This document shows, one piece after another, positions 11,624-24,259 of a DNA stretch of 63,971 bases. The DNA comes from Azolla caroliniana (Eukaryota > Plantae > Polypodiophyta). A program made the translations under genes and the position numbers. The stretch is taken from positions 8,556,030 to 8,620,000 of the forward strand of contig JBHGNT010000008.1 of the NCBI GenBank assembly GCA_043228905.1, written 5' to 3'. The notes below the pieces were generated by a model. That model was given only the letters and a program-made list of their open reading frames with translations. It had not been told where the DNA came from and made no database searches. Every line of letters starts with the position of its first letter. Position 1 is the first letter of the stretch.

Positions 11624-13878
11624 GACGCCCACCCTTCGGAAAGCTCTGCGCGAATCAACTCCAGCTCCTACACTCTACGCGATTCAGTCAGCTCTTGCTC
11701 CTGTAGTGGCCGCTAACTCTTAATGAGAAGAAAGGTCGTCGTGCTACTGCACTCTTCCCCGAAGGCCGCTGCCTCCACTACTCTGATGCCTGCTGCACTC
11801 TTCCTCGGAGGCCGCCGCCTCCACTATTGCGATGTCGGCCTCCACTGCCTGCTCCATTGCTGCTGCTCCTCCACTGTCGAGCTCTGTTATCCTCCTCAGC
11901 TATCTACTTAAGGTTAATTAGATTATTGGATGACAAATGCGCATTGTTGTACCATTTATATGTATAAAAGAGTTACCTAGTTTATTTTCAATGCCTTTCA
12001 AAAAACCCTTATCCTCAATTTATATTTGGTAATTTTATTTTTTTTCCTATTATTATTCCATATAAATTTTCTTCTTAGAATTCCAAGCAAGTGTTAAATC
12101 ATAAATACGAATGAGAAACACAACGTACATCGAGAATTTCCAAAATGTGATTTCAAATTGTGTAAGGATGAGCATCTCGTGCTTTACTTGCATCTTTTTT
12201 TATATTAACATATACATATTGTTTAAGACAAATACTTGCATGATAGGCATGATAGGGGGGACTCTTTCAATGCTGAAATAAGAGGTGAATCACTCAATTC
12301 TTTGTATTATTCATAGACCATTAGTTGATTCTCGAATAAGTCAATCACTAAATGGTTCATTGACAAAACCACACTAGGGTAGATTTCACCAAGTATCAAC
12401 AATCCCTTTAAGGAATAATTGTAGAGGACAAATCCAAAATGTAAATGATAACATTTCATAGAAAAAACCATGTCAATAATTATACAACCTAAACGCATAT
12501 TGGTTGTGATGACATAGAAGATTGTTTAAAGCATGTTCTAGCACAAGTTGCAAACCTTGATTGGTAAGGCACAAAGAGTCCTCCACACATTTTATTCATG
12601 CATTTGTGAATATTTGAATTAATGTTCTTGATTAAGCTAGTAATGATAAAATTGACACAAACACACTATTAAAACATGTGTCCTTGTATTTCTCTTCTTG
12701 TCGATAGAATGTTGAATTGGTAAAAGCAATGTTCATGGACACATTTTTATCATAGATTTATCAAATGTAAAATTTCATTGATGAATGTTGAGAATGCCCA
12801 AATAACATATGCATTATTTATTCATCACTAAGCAAGATTTTGTAATCACATATGGAATACAACTAACTGCCGCTAGAGTAAGTTAATTTAGGGAATCAAA
12901 TAGCATGTCGTTGTACCATGTGTTAATAATTCCACTTGTTAGTATGTTTGTTTCTAGGAAATTGTATGGTTGGCGTACGACCTACGTGTCCACATATAAT
13001 ATAAATCTTGTCACATAATATTCTACTATTAGTGGGTGTTCCACTTGAAAATGTCGTTGGAATTATGTGCTCATGAAAGGCAAGTGTTAAGATTCAATCC
13101 AATTATGTCTTTGTAAAACTCGGTCACTAAGCTATCCAATGGAAAATAGTGAGGTGGCATGGGACCTAAGCAATAAGGGGAGGGAGGCAAGGGCATTTGT
13201 GGAGGGTACTACTTGTTGCACTAGTGGTATCTCAAGCTCTAAACTAGCTAGCTACATATAGCTCGTGGTACTTTTCTAGAAAGAAGTCAAAAGTCGAAAG
13301 TGTAGTCCAAGGGCGTAGGAGAGGAACATGTCTAAAGATATAGGATATGTAAAAAGCAAGCGACAAATCAAGCGAGCGAGGAATGTATAGATATGGAATG
13401 AATCTCGATGTTTCAAAAACATAAAGGTTTACCAAAAGGCAGTAAACATTCATCTAAATTTGTTGACAATTTACAAAGATTTTTCTTTTGAAGCAAAAAT
13501 AGCGAAACGTGGAGGTATTTTTACCTTGAATTTCAAAAAGGTCATTTTCCAATATTGCTAATGTAAACTAAACTTGGGTTTCTCACGAACAATGTTGCCC
13601 AACAGTGTACATGAAGAGACCAAGGTGGCTTAACTGTGGCCATGACCGAATATTTCTCCTATCCTAATAGTTGTTTTGCATTGAAATTTGGGTAGATGTA
13701 GATAGATAGATGTAGATGGATGCATAGATAGATATAGATATAGGCTTTTAATCGAGCACATTTAGAGTAGAGTGGCAAGTGGGTAGAATTTCATGATGTT
13801 TGTTGGCCTTATTCTTCTAGACTAAATAATATATTTTCTTGAGTCCCCCTCCCCCTCCCCCCCCATCTCAATCTTGTC

Positions 13879-13886
13879 TATATATA
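13879..13886 (+). promoter_or_regulatory. Putative TATA box of the MIR529 primary transcript
   Basis: TATATATA preceded by a C-rich tract, ~125 nt upstream of the hairpin. Confidence 0.5.
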
Positions 13887-14008
13887 CACTTCTTCGAGAG
13901 ACTACAAACTCTGTACTAGTAAGGATTTTGAGAAGTTGTAAGACATAGATTCATTTCTATATGTAAAATATGTATGTTCCAATGGTGGTTGAAAAACTAA
14001 TGCAAGTC

Positions 14009-14338
14009 AACTTAGTGCAAGGTGCAGAAGAGAGAGAGCACAGCCCCCACAAGTAATCATCTAATACACTCACACATATGCCTACATAAACTATATACAT
14101 AATATACACACATAAATATACACACATAAATATACACATAGAAACACATGTATCTATGTGTGTGTGTGTGTATGTGTGTGTGTGTGTGTGTGTGTATAGA
14201 AATACACATGATATACGTGTATGTGATCACAATATTATACAGGTATAACATGACATGTAGTGTTTATATACATTCAAAAAATATATAGGCATTTCTTTTG
14301 AGGGCTGTGCTTTCTCTCTTCTGCTTCTAACACAAGTT
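14009..14338 (+). ncRNA. MIR529: microRNA precursor of the miR529 family; mature 5p 14026-14046, star ~14304-14324
   Basis: AGAAGAGAGAGAGCACAGCCC is a miR529-type sequence; 14302-14322 GGGCTGTGCTTTCTCTCTTCT is its complement with one G:U pair; lower stem AACTT.GTG/CAC.AAGTT. Confidence 0.9.
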
Positions 14339-15223
14339 CAAATCCAACATTGTAGAAAATGTAAGTGTCGATAACCAATAATATTGATTTATATTTTAAA
14401 ATCACACACACAAATACATTTCATGATTCTATTTTTATATTTTTCATATTAAGGTGACTTCTCATATTTGTTAATTATTATTGTAAGCAAAGCTCTAAAT
14501 ATCTTACTCTTTCATAATGTGAACACTATCTACTTTCCCAATGTAATAAATCATTAGCAAACAGTCCACCATTTAACTACTATTTGGTGCGGAGTCAAGA
14601 GTTATCATCATTTTGCTAGAGAGGCATGATTAGATCAATTACATTGACATTTACACTAGACTCGTTCAAGCCAACAATGATATCCACCAATACTTCTCAT
14701 GGATACTCTTGACTTCCTAGTTTACCTATTCCCAACTTAGCTCTATGACATTGTCTCTCAATGCTAGAATTCAACAGAAATTTCCTCCAATAAGCAATTG
14801 AACCACTAGCATGTGGTCAATAGCATTGCTTTCACTTGTGCAACTATTAAGTCTTGTGAGCTTATTTAATAAGAGGTTGTCTTAGGAATTGATGAAGTTT
14901 CAATCAATTCTTAGGAAGTTCTCCACGCATATATCATGCATCTTGTATCAACTTGCACCACATTGACACAAATAGTAGTAGAAATTAAAAATTTTGTATT
15001 GCATTTCACTTCCTTTAGAAATAGTAGAAATTATATCTTTTAGTATATGATTGAATATGGTAAAGTGATTGCATCAACATAATTATAAGCTAATGCTGAA
15101 TGTTGGAACAAATTTTGTTAGTTCCATATATTTAGCATATCTCAAACTCTAGCACATAATTAGATTAATTTATACTTCTAGTAAATGTTGAATCTATTTA
15201 TTCTTGTGGTTTGAACTCAATGT

Positions 15224-15680
15224 TATCTATGGCCCCGGTTTCAGTTCGAACCAAATTGAACCGTTAAACTATGGTTTAATGGTTTGTTGTTTTCAAAAAA
15301 AATTAATGGTTTGGTTTGGTTTGAATTTTTAATAAATGGTTCAGTTTAAGTTCGGTTTGGTTCTAAAACTCGGGTTTACCGGTTTATAGGTTTAAAGGTG
15401 TATTGGTTTTTTGTTAACTTTTTTTTCCCCTTAATGGTTTGTTAATTTAATGGTTTTTTATTAATTAAATAAATTTAACTTAAACTCTTATTTAATTTGA
15501 TGTAGTTTTGTTTGTTTAGATTTTTAATTACTTTGACTTAATTGGTTTGGTTTGGTTTCAACTTTTCCCTCAATGGTTTGGTTTAAATTGCTTGACAGTT
15601 CATAAACAGTTTGGTTTGGTTTTTGTTTTATATAAATGGTTCGGTTTCAAGGCAAAGAAACTAAACCAGGCCCATTGCTA
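15224..15680. mobile_element. hAT-type MITE 1
   Basis: TIRs TATCTATGGCCCCGGTTT vs TAGCAATGGGCCTGGTTT (14/18); 8-bp TSD CTCAATGT/CTCAATGC; interior rich in GGTTT/AAACC motifs. Confidence 0.8.
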
Positions 15681-15819
15681 CTCAATGCGATAAGAAAATT
15701 GAGAGCTGAAGCACCTTTATAATGAACTTGGGTATACACAATGGCATGTCAACCTCCTTTTATAGTAATGCAATATTACATGCCACAAGGTTGACACGCC
15801 TTGTTTTCTCATGTGTGTG

Positions 15820-16000
15820 AGCCCATTGTGACCCCAAAATTGAGCAATATTTGTTCAAATTTGTGCCACCATTATAGTAATTATAATATCATTTACATAT
15901 CTCTATATGTTTTTCCAATGATAAGCCCATATTACCTCAAAATTGAGCAATATTCGTGGCACCATTGTAGTAATTATAATATCATTTACCTATCTCTATA
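15820..16000. repeat. Imperfect tandem duplication (~100-bp period)
   Basis: AGCCCAT..AAAATTGAGCAATATT..CACCATT.TAGTAATTATAATATCATTTAC.TATCTCTATA occurs twice. Confidence 0.75.
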
Positions 16001-16299
16001 ATTTTTTCTCTTGCACTTATTTAATATGTTGAGAATAGTATTCTGATTGGACTCATGAACACTTATCCATTCATTCCAAGTTCAAGAATTCAAGTCATTG
16101 TGAAAGAGTTCAAATCAATACAACCATAACTTCTTTGTCCAAATATGGTTGGAGTTTCAGGTTCATTTAAACATTTTCAAGATCTTGCAAATCAAATGAA
16201 TTACCGAAGCTTGTTTTTGTGGCATTCTTTAGATAGAACTTTTGTTAATCTTCCACAAATCTTCTTCTGCACCTTCAATCCCACATAACATTGCTTGGA

Positions 16300-16349
<50 letters not shown>

Positions 16350-18709
16350 GGATTAATTTGAATATCATAATTTCCAAGCCCATACACTCTTCCACGAGCT
16401 ACAAACCTATCTTGCTATATTGATTAATGTGGTATGCATATAGTTTGTCATAAATCTCCAAATCTATGTGAAAGAAATTATCAATAAATTTCTTCAACAT
16501 TTCACAAATCTTTGTTGAGTTGCAGCTTACATGTTCCCTTACGACCCTTTCAATAAGATGCTTAATTCATTGAAAGTTGGACTTCCTAAGGTTTTACCAA
16601 ACATTTTCACTTTGGAGTCCTTGGGCAATGAAGACCGATATCATTAACGAGTGGGTTTGTATAAGATTTATGCCAAAGTCAATGATCTTAGAAGGAGTTA
16701 ACTTCTTGTCCAACCTATGCAATATGGATTTATTTTGAATGCGCAAATACATATGTATGATGATAAGATTTCAAATCAAAAATTTGTAATAATACAACCA
16801 AATATTTTAAAGGAACACAATGGTTATTTATTGTCCATTTTCTATCACTCTTAATTTAGTGCCAAATGTAATATCACACATGTTTTGGTCAATGGTGAAG
16901 TGATAAGGGAGTGTGGAAATTACTCGACTTACACTCCCATTGAGGAAATAATAGATAGCTCGCACGTACTAACAAATAATTCATTTTGATGTTCCTCATA
17001 AGACTAGCTTTTAATAAACTAGTTGTGAAAGTGTGTAATGTATTACCTTGATGTTAGGGTTACACATTAATATGCATTGGCCAATGCTTATCCAATGTAC
17101 TTAAGGGCATTTGGGTGACAAGATAAGATGTAATGGAACAATGTTGGTCATCTCATGGACTAATTTTATTAATAAAAGATTATGTATATTATTTGAACTG
17201 GGGATTAGAAATGTCAAGAGGGATAAAATAAGGGACATGTCTAATATTAATGAAATTAGCCCCCATTGTAGACAATTATGAAGTGAAGGAAATAAAGGCA
17301 CATGTAAGGTGATGGATGAATGCTACTTGACTTTCATACGTTGTGCATTTTCTACATTATGGTTCATCGCTGCCCCTATATTGGCTTATTCTTATATTTT
17401 ACCACATTTTGTATATTACTATGTTTGAACCCTTCGCGCAGGTATTCTAGTTCTTAGCCCTACCACTTGAGCCATGTCTTGATGTTCATATTCATTTCCT
17501 TATTATCTCATTTTGACATCATCTAAAACTAATAATCTCAATGCTTTCCTTCCTTTCACACATGCCACATCTCGAAATCAACAAGTATTAGTCAACCCCA
17601 CATCCGAAGGAGAGAAAGTACCTATGCTTTGAGTGTGTCCTTCTATAGTCAACTAGAGTGGACTCTAGTGATGTGTGTTGTCCATCACAACTTGCAATAA
17701 CACTTTAAAACCACAATGAATTGTTCTTATTTAATAGACGAGCGTAATGGATGTACTTTGATTCCATTCCCACTACCAACAACCATAGTTGCACACACTT
17801 CTACATGTAACTCTCTAGTGCCCAAAGCCTTGACAACTTTAAGACATCCTACGTGGCCACCAAAGATTTTCTAGAACATGCTCCTTTTCCCATGTTACCT
17901 TGGAAGCCAAGTTACTTTTTCCATCCCTCAACCCACTCTTTTGCTTTGACCAACCGATGGCTTCAGATGAAGAAAGAACTAATACCTCGGCCATCATGCC
18001 CAATGAAAACACTAGTTTGTCTCTTTATAAGGAAATTTCCCTCACCATCGTGTCGCTGGTGACCACTACGATTTATCCCTTCTCCCATCACTACAGGACT
18101 CCAAAGTTGGTCCCTTCCATTTCCTTCCCACAGAAGGCATAATGTCATACAACTATCCCAAGTATAGAGAGAAGGATGCAATGTTATACCTCCATATAGA
18201 TGTCACATCCCAAGTAGCTAATTTAAAACCTTTAAAAAAAAACTTGAACAAGAATGAAAATAAACACATTGAAATGTTCATCGAAAACTAGAGGCTCCAC
18301 CTCAATGACATGATTCTTTTAGGACTTAGATTGCCAATCTTTGTCTAGTTTACCCTCTTCTTAGTTGTCCTATCCCCAACACAAGTGTCCCAACATCAAG
18401 AGTCAATTTCACAAAAAAACACTTCATAAGGCAATAAAACAACCGTCCACATCTCATAGTGCACTTTATATCAAGCATTCAAAACACAATAAGAAATTTA
18501 ATAATAAATGTAGATAATTTATCAATCTACGAACTCTAAATTTTATTTAAAAAACTCTAAAACGAATTATTCATGTGAATATACCAAATCTAGGTTTCTT
18601 AAGCCATTTTATAAAATAAAAATAAAAATAGGCACAAAACAAAATACTGTTATAGTAATCTTAATAATAAAGGGGAAAGGGCATATAAACAAGACCATGC
18701 TATGGTCAA

Positions 18710-19024
18710 TCAAATCATGACTTCACTAGAACCATGCCTCAATCCTTGGTGTAACCTATTGTTTACATACCTCATGTTCATCTTATTTGCGTCTGACTCC
18801 CAATGTTTTTTGCTAGATTTGAAATGGTTTACTACTCGAATTACATACACTCCATAAAAACATATGCCCACCACACTATACATCAAAGTTCTAATGATTG
18901 ATGAGTAGGAATATTTTTCATTTGTTCCTTTGGCATTATGGACTATGGGTAGTTTGCCTTGCTCACCCTGTTTTAGGTTGGTAGAGATGTGTCGAGGGGT
19001 TGCACTCCACACCTGTGGAACCAT
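18710..19024 (-). pseudogene. Old copia RT C-terminal remnant
   Basis: YSSIIRTLMYSVV...VVNHF...KKHW...MRYV resembles YASAVGSLMYAMV...VVSQF...KEHW...LRYL. Confidence 0.65.
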
Positions 19025-21634
19025 TTGAGTACCTTGTTGATATATTCCTCTTGGTGATAAATGAATCTTTTTTTATTAGTCTATCACATGCTATTTGTGA
19101 CCTATTATGTGGCTTTCCCCCAATTAAATTTTTCATGTCAAACTTCAATTTCCACTTCTAATTCAAGACTTGAATGTCCTCCTTGGACTTTCTTGGAATT
19201 AGCCTGTTGATCCTTAACACTTCAAATGATATCCTTTATTACTCCATGACTTCTTCTACAAACCCCTCGGGTTGTTCCTTATTCATTTGGATTTCTGCAA
19301 AGAGAAGTTGTTTTCACATTCATACAATCCCACTCTATATCTTCCTTGGTAGAAATTGATGATAACATTATCATCATTGTCATCTATACAACTGTTGAGA
19401 ATATTTCATCAACATTTTCTTTGTACTACTACAGGAACCCCTTGGCCACAAGTTGAAACTTGTCCTTTGTCTTTGAGAGATCTTAGATGTGTGTTGTTTA
19501 AGTTGATAAACCCATTTATCAACAATGCTTGATTGTTTTTAGCAAGTGTACTAGATACCATGTTTGACTCTTTTCAAATGACTTCATTTCACTTTTCATA
19601 GTCATTGTTGTCAAAGTCCATGAGAAAGTGTGAAAGGGTGAGTGGAACAATGGGGACTCGAACCAAAGGGGATGATCTAACAAGCTCAAATTGTATGTTG
19701 GGGTGATAAGTAAGTAGGTATCATTGGCTTCCCTCTATGTAGGAAGATGTTTATCAAGAGCCTGTGTATGTACATAGGTACTCTTATTGGCAATTTCCCA
19801 TACACGTAGCCCTCATAGTAGTCTAAGTCCCTCCATTTTGGGTCGTTAGTAAGTAGTCTTGCTTTGTTGGTAGGCTTTGTTTAGGGGTTGGAGACCAAGG
19901 GGGCACACACACCTTGTTGATCCTTTGCTACCGTCTACCCTGTTGTGTGCCAAAGATGATATTCTCTAACCTCTTTGATCCTAATCATAAATCCTAGAGT
20001 AAGAAAAAAGTGATGATTGTGAAGACGACAATTCATGTTATTGTTAGAATTGCCACTAATTATTATTGTTTACATATTATACATATTTATTTTATCCACC
20101 AGAACCAAGCCAACCACCCGTTCCACCAAGTTCTTCTTATCTAGTCAATAGTCCTATTGTGGGTGTGATGATTCCCTTACTCCACAACGATCCTTCAAAA
20201 AAAGATATGTCTCTTTGCATGGCCTTTTAGTGTGTTTTTATCTACTTGATGCCAGGGGCACTCCTCTTACCCTCACTTCTCATGGTTCCTCATCATTCTT
20301 TGTGTTTTTTGTTTCCCAAAGTCCCCCCTTCCCCCCATTTGATTTCTTCATTCATTTTATGTACATCAACCTCTTCATCTCTTTGTTTCTTTTTCTATTG
20401 TGTTTTCCATTTCTATCCTGACTTGTTAAATTTCACACTCTCACTTTAGTCGATTTTATGCTTTTGACCTAACCTTCCTCATATCTACTTGAAAGACCAT
20501 TGCTTTGTATAGTCTTGGTTTTCCCAACTTGGCTCCTAGAAGGATTTGAATCCATGGCAACTATGCCCCTATACAATTCCATTATATTCCTATAAAGATG
20601 ACATTTTTTTTCACCTCCGCCCAATTTTCTATGAGACCATTGGTATCATACACATTGTCTAGAAGAATGTTCCTAAATCACTAACTTTACAACCAATAGG
20701 ATATTGTTTGCTCCTCAATACTCTTCATCAAGAAATAAGAGTAACTATGAAAATTGTTGCTCCAACTCATCTACTGCAACATGCTCGTATTTCTCCATCT
20801 TGACTTCACCCAGTTAATAAACTCTATTGAGTCATTGCACACAAATAGTTGAGGCAGAATTCTTGGAGCAAATGTTCCTTCTTGAAAGAAGCACAAGTGT
20901 TGACGATTCATTGCAATTCTATGATTCTTCCATGTAATAATGCACATGAGATTGTTAACTGGCCGGCAAGGAAAGTCCAGAATGGGAAAATTAATAACTG
21001 GGAGCTATTACAAATGAGAAGCGAACGGACGGACACGGAATCGGTATGCCGATCCGGATCCGGACCGGTTCGTAGCCGGTTGCCGGTTGACACCGGTTTG
21101 TACCTAAAGCCGGAGACCTATAGAAAGGGCCGACTAGATTGTAATCATTGGCGGATAATTAATAGAGTGTTGTTGTTCTGTATCTGAATCATTGTTAATT
21201 ACTGTTCTGTGCTAAGTGTAATTTATCCTACGCGTGTATTGTGACTAAAGATATTGCCGATAGTAACCCGTTAAGGTTCCGTTAATAGTCGGTCTAAATC
21301 TATCTCACCGTAACACCCCTTTGGTGAAGTGTCTTAAGGGGACACCCTGTGTTAGGCCATTGTCCGGCCCCTAGCGATAACACAGTTTTTGGCGACCACG
21401 ATTATTGCACAAATGCATGGATGACTAGACCAACAAACGACCCGGTTACGGAGCGAGAAAGAAGACTTGCCAAACGATTGCGGAAGCGAGAGGCTTTCCA
21501 ACAAGCGGCAGAAGAGCTCCATGTGGATCACTCATTTTCCAAAGTAATCCGGCGAGTGGCCAAAGAGCCACTCCGCAGGCAGTCGAATTCCCAACCGGAT
21601 GAAGGAAGCAGCGTGAGCAGTCTCCGGGACGCGG

Positions 21635-24217
21635 AATGCGGTGACAGTGACCGACGCCTTTCCACTACCGTTTACGGATGGACTGTTGGATGCGGTAGCC
21701 GGGCATGAAGTGTATAGTTTCCTAGACGGTTTCAGTGGCTACAATCAAATAAGGATGCACCCCAACGACCAAGACAAGACGACATTCGTCACCGAATGGG
21801 GAGTCTTTGTCGTAGTAGTATTGATGTTCGGGCTCAAGACCGCGCCGACGACCTTCCAACAAATTATCATGGAGATATTTGGCGAGTTCATTCTGGCATT
21901 CATGCAGCTATTCCTGGATGACTTTGCCGTGTATAGCCGAGACGGAGAACATCTCCAACACCTCCGACTATGTCTGGAGAAATGCAGGAGTTATCGACTA
22001 AGCCTGAATCCAACAAAGTGTGTGTTCGGAGTAACAAGAGGCGCATTGCTGGGCCATCTTGTCAGCAAGGACGGGATCGCAATAGACCCCGATAAGGTGA
22101 AAGCAATCTTAGAAACCCTAACACCTTCCACGGCCAAAGCGTTGAGTCGGTTTTTAGGACAAATACGGTGGCATAGCCGGATGCTCAGGTATTTGGCCGA
22201 TCTGGCTACACCATTGCATGCAGCGGTTCACCGGACACCGTTCCAATGGACAAATACGGAGGATGAGGCTTACCGGGCACTGAAAGTACTGTTGTCACAA
22301 GCACCAGTTGTGCAACCACCGGACTGGTCAAAAGAATTCCACGTGTTCGTAGATGCATCCGACATAGCAATCAACAGCGCACTAATGCAACTGACTAAAC
22401 CGAAATGGTACCGACCGGTCTATTACGCTAGCCGGAAGCTATCCCATGCGGAACGCAATTATTCAACAACGGAAAGAGAAGCCTTAGGGATGATTTACAA
22501 TGTGACCAAGTTCAGGCACTATTTATTGGGAAGGAAATTTTCTTTCCATGTCGACCACTCAACGCTGTTATATTTGGTCTCAAAGGCATCACTGACCGGC
22601 AAGCTGGCCCGATGGACATTGTTGCTACAAGAATTCGAGTTCGAAATATATCATTGGCCGGGAATACAGCATGCGGTTGCCGATTATCTCAGCCGGTTAG
22701 ACTCCGGTGAGACCGGCGACGGAGTCCCGGATGTTGAGTTGTTTAAAGTAACAGCCGAAACCGCAGCCGATAGCTCGGTAATTGAACAAGACAAATGGCT
22801 AACCAACATGCATCAATTCCTAAGCACGTGACTTCCACTGGAGGAGATGAACCGGGATGAGCGAAAGTGTTTATCGGTACAAAGCTGACATTTTTGTCTA
22901 CTACAGGACACCCTATACCACAAAGGCACGGATGGCATATGGCGGCGAGCAGTGCGAAGCGACGAAAAGGACACAATATTACGAGAAGCGCACTGCGGCG
23001 TTGCCGGAGGGCACTACGCCGGGGACGCTACGACAAGAAAGATATGGCACAACGGGCTATGGTGGCCGACGACACTGAAGGACTCAGTTCGGGACGCATA
23101 AGTCAGTGATTTATGTCAACGGATGGGAAAACCAACAGAATAAGCAAGGATGCCTCACCAACTGGTGCTACTATTAGAACCATTTCAGAAATGGGGGTTG
23201 GATTTCGTTGGGCCGTTTAAAACTCCTGCAATGAGAACCGGCAACAGATATGTCATAGTCGCCACCGATTATTGCACCAAGTGGGTAGAAGCCAAGGCGT
23301 TGCGGGACAACACTGCGGCTTCAATGACAAAGTTCTTATATGAGTACATCTGGTGCTGATATGGATGCCTGATCGAGTTAACTAGCGACCAAGGCGGACA
23401 TTTTCTCGGTCAGGTAGTGGAGAGCTTAACAACATTTTATGCAGTGGTACACAAGCGTAGTATCCCTTACTATCCACAAGCCAATGGCCTAACCGAATCC
23501 ATGAACAAAACGCTCCAAAACATCCTTTGAAAGATCGTTAATGAAAACCGGACCGATTGGGATACCAAGCTGCATAGTGCACTATGGGCATACTAGACGA
23601 CATACAAAACGAGTATCTGGTCAACACCATTCTGGTTAACATTTGGACTTGAAGCAGTAATGTCGATTGAATTTCAGGTTCCGAGTTTGCGGATATAGGT
23701 TAGAGAACGACTAAGTGAAAAGGAATCGGAAACGATCCGGTTAGCCGAATTATGCGAACTCGAGGAACATCGGATAGCAAGTCTCATGCAGTTGGAGCTG
23801 GAGCAGCGATGAAGGAAGACGTTTGTCGATCGGAACCGGAAAGGCAATGAGAAGATGTTCAGGATCGGCAAGCCAATACTCGTGTTCTAGACCCGAATGG
23901 GTCAGATGCCGGGAAAGCTACGGTTCCGGTGGACTGGACCGTATTGGATAACACGGGAATTCAACGGTTCATACCAGCTTGGAACGCTCGCCGGTGAGAT
24001 AATGGGCAAATGGGTCAATGGGTTTCGACTTAAACCATATTGTTGACCGATGCCACAGAACCCGTTCAAACAGATGGAGGCTGATACAATAGTACGAAGC
24101 AGGGAAAAATTACTCGACGGGCAGGCAAAGCCGACGCTACCGGATAACAACAAACAGGTTACCGGCAAAAGTGAATATGGGGAAAAACCGGGATATAGAC
24201 CTGATGCTTCCGGATAG
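21635..24217 (+). pseudogene. pol: K pol (RT-RNase H-integrase); most of gag, protease and RT start deleted
   Basis: FLDD RT; VFVDASD/NYSTTERE RNase H; EAHCG..GGHY and [14 protein letters not shown] integrase; WTGPY motif; multiple stops. Confidence 0.92.
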
Positions 24218-24259
24218 CTCAAACTCAATTCATTGGAAAATGTCGTTAAAAACATCGAC

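Noticed and set aside
11640-11911. Host exon in GC-rich patch (62-aa ORF)
   Set aside because: Low-complexity with an internal duplication, no recognisable domain or partner exons.
12900-13920. GTAC (SPL-binding core) feedback cluster upstream of MIR529
   Set aside because: About 6 sites per kb is not clearly above chance for a 4-mer.
14023-14041. miR156 call for the hairpin
   Set aside because: Reads TGCAGAAG, not TGACAGAAG; the paired region extends to CACAGCCC, which fits miR529.
14560-18300. Decayed hAT transposase (VNVVQV-like at ~14990 and QVVMDN at ~17690, minus strand)
   Set aside because: Only short motif resemblances amid many stops; needs tBLASTn or HMM support before annotating.
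19652-19664. B box GGTTCGAGTCCCC on the minus strand
   Set aside because: No A box or cloverleaf nearby; compatible with chance.
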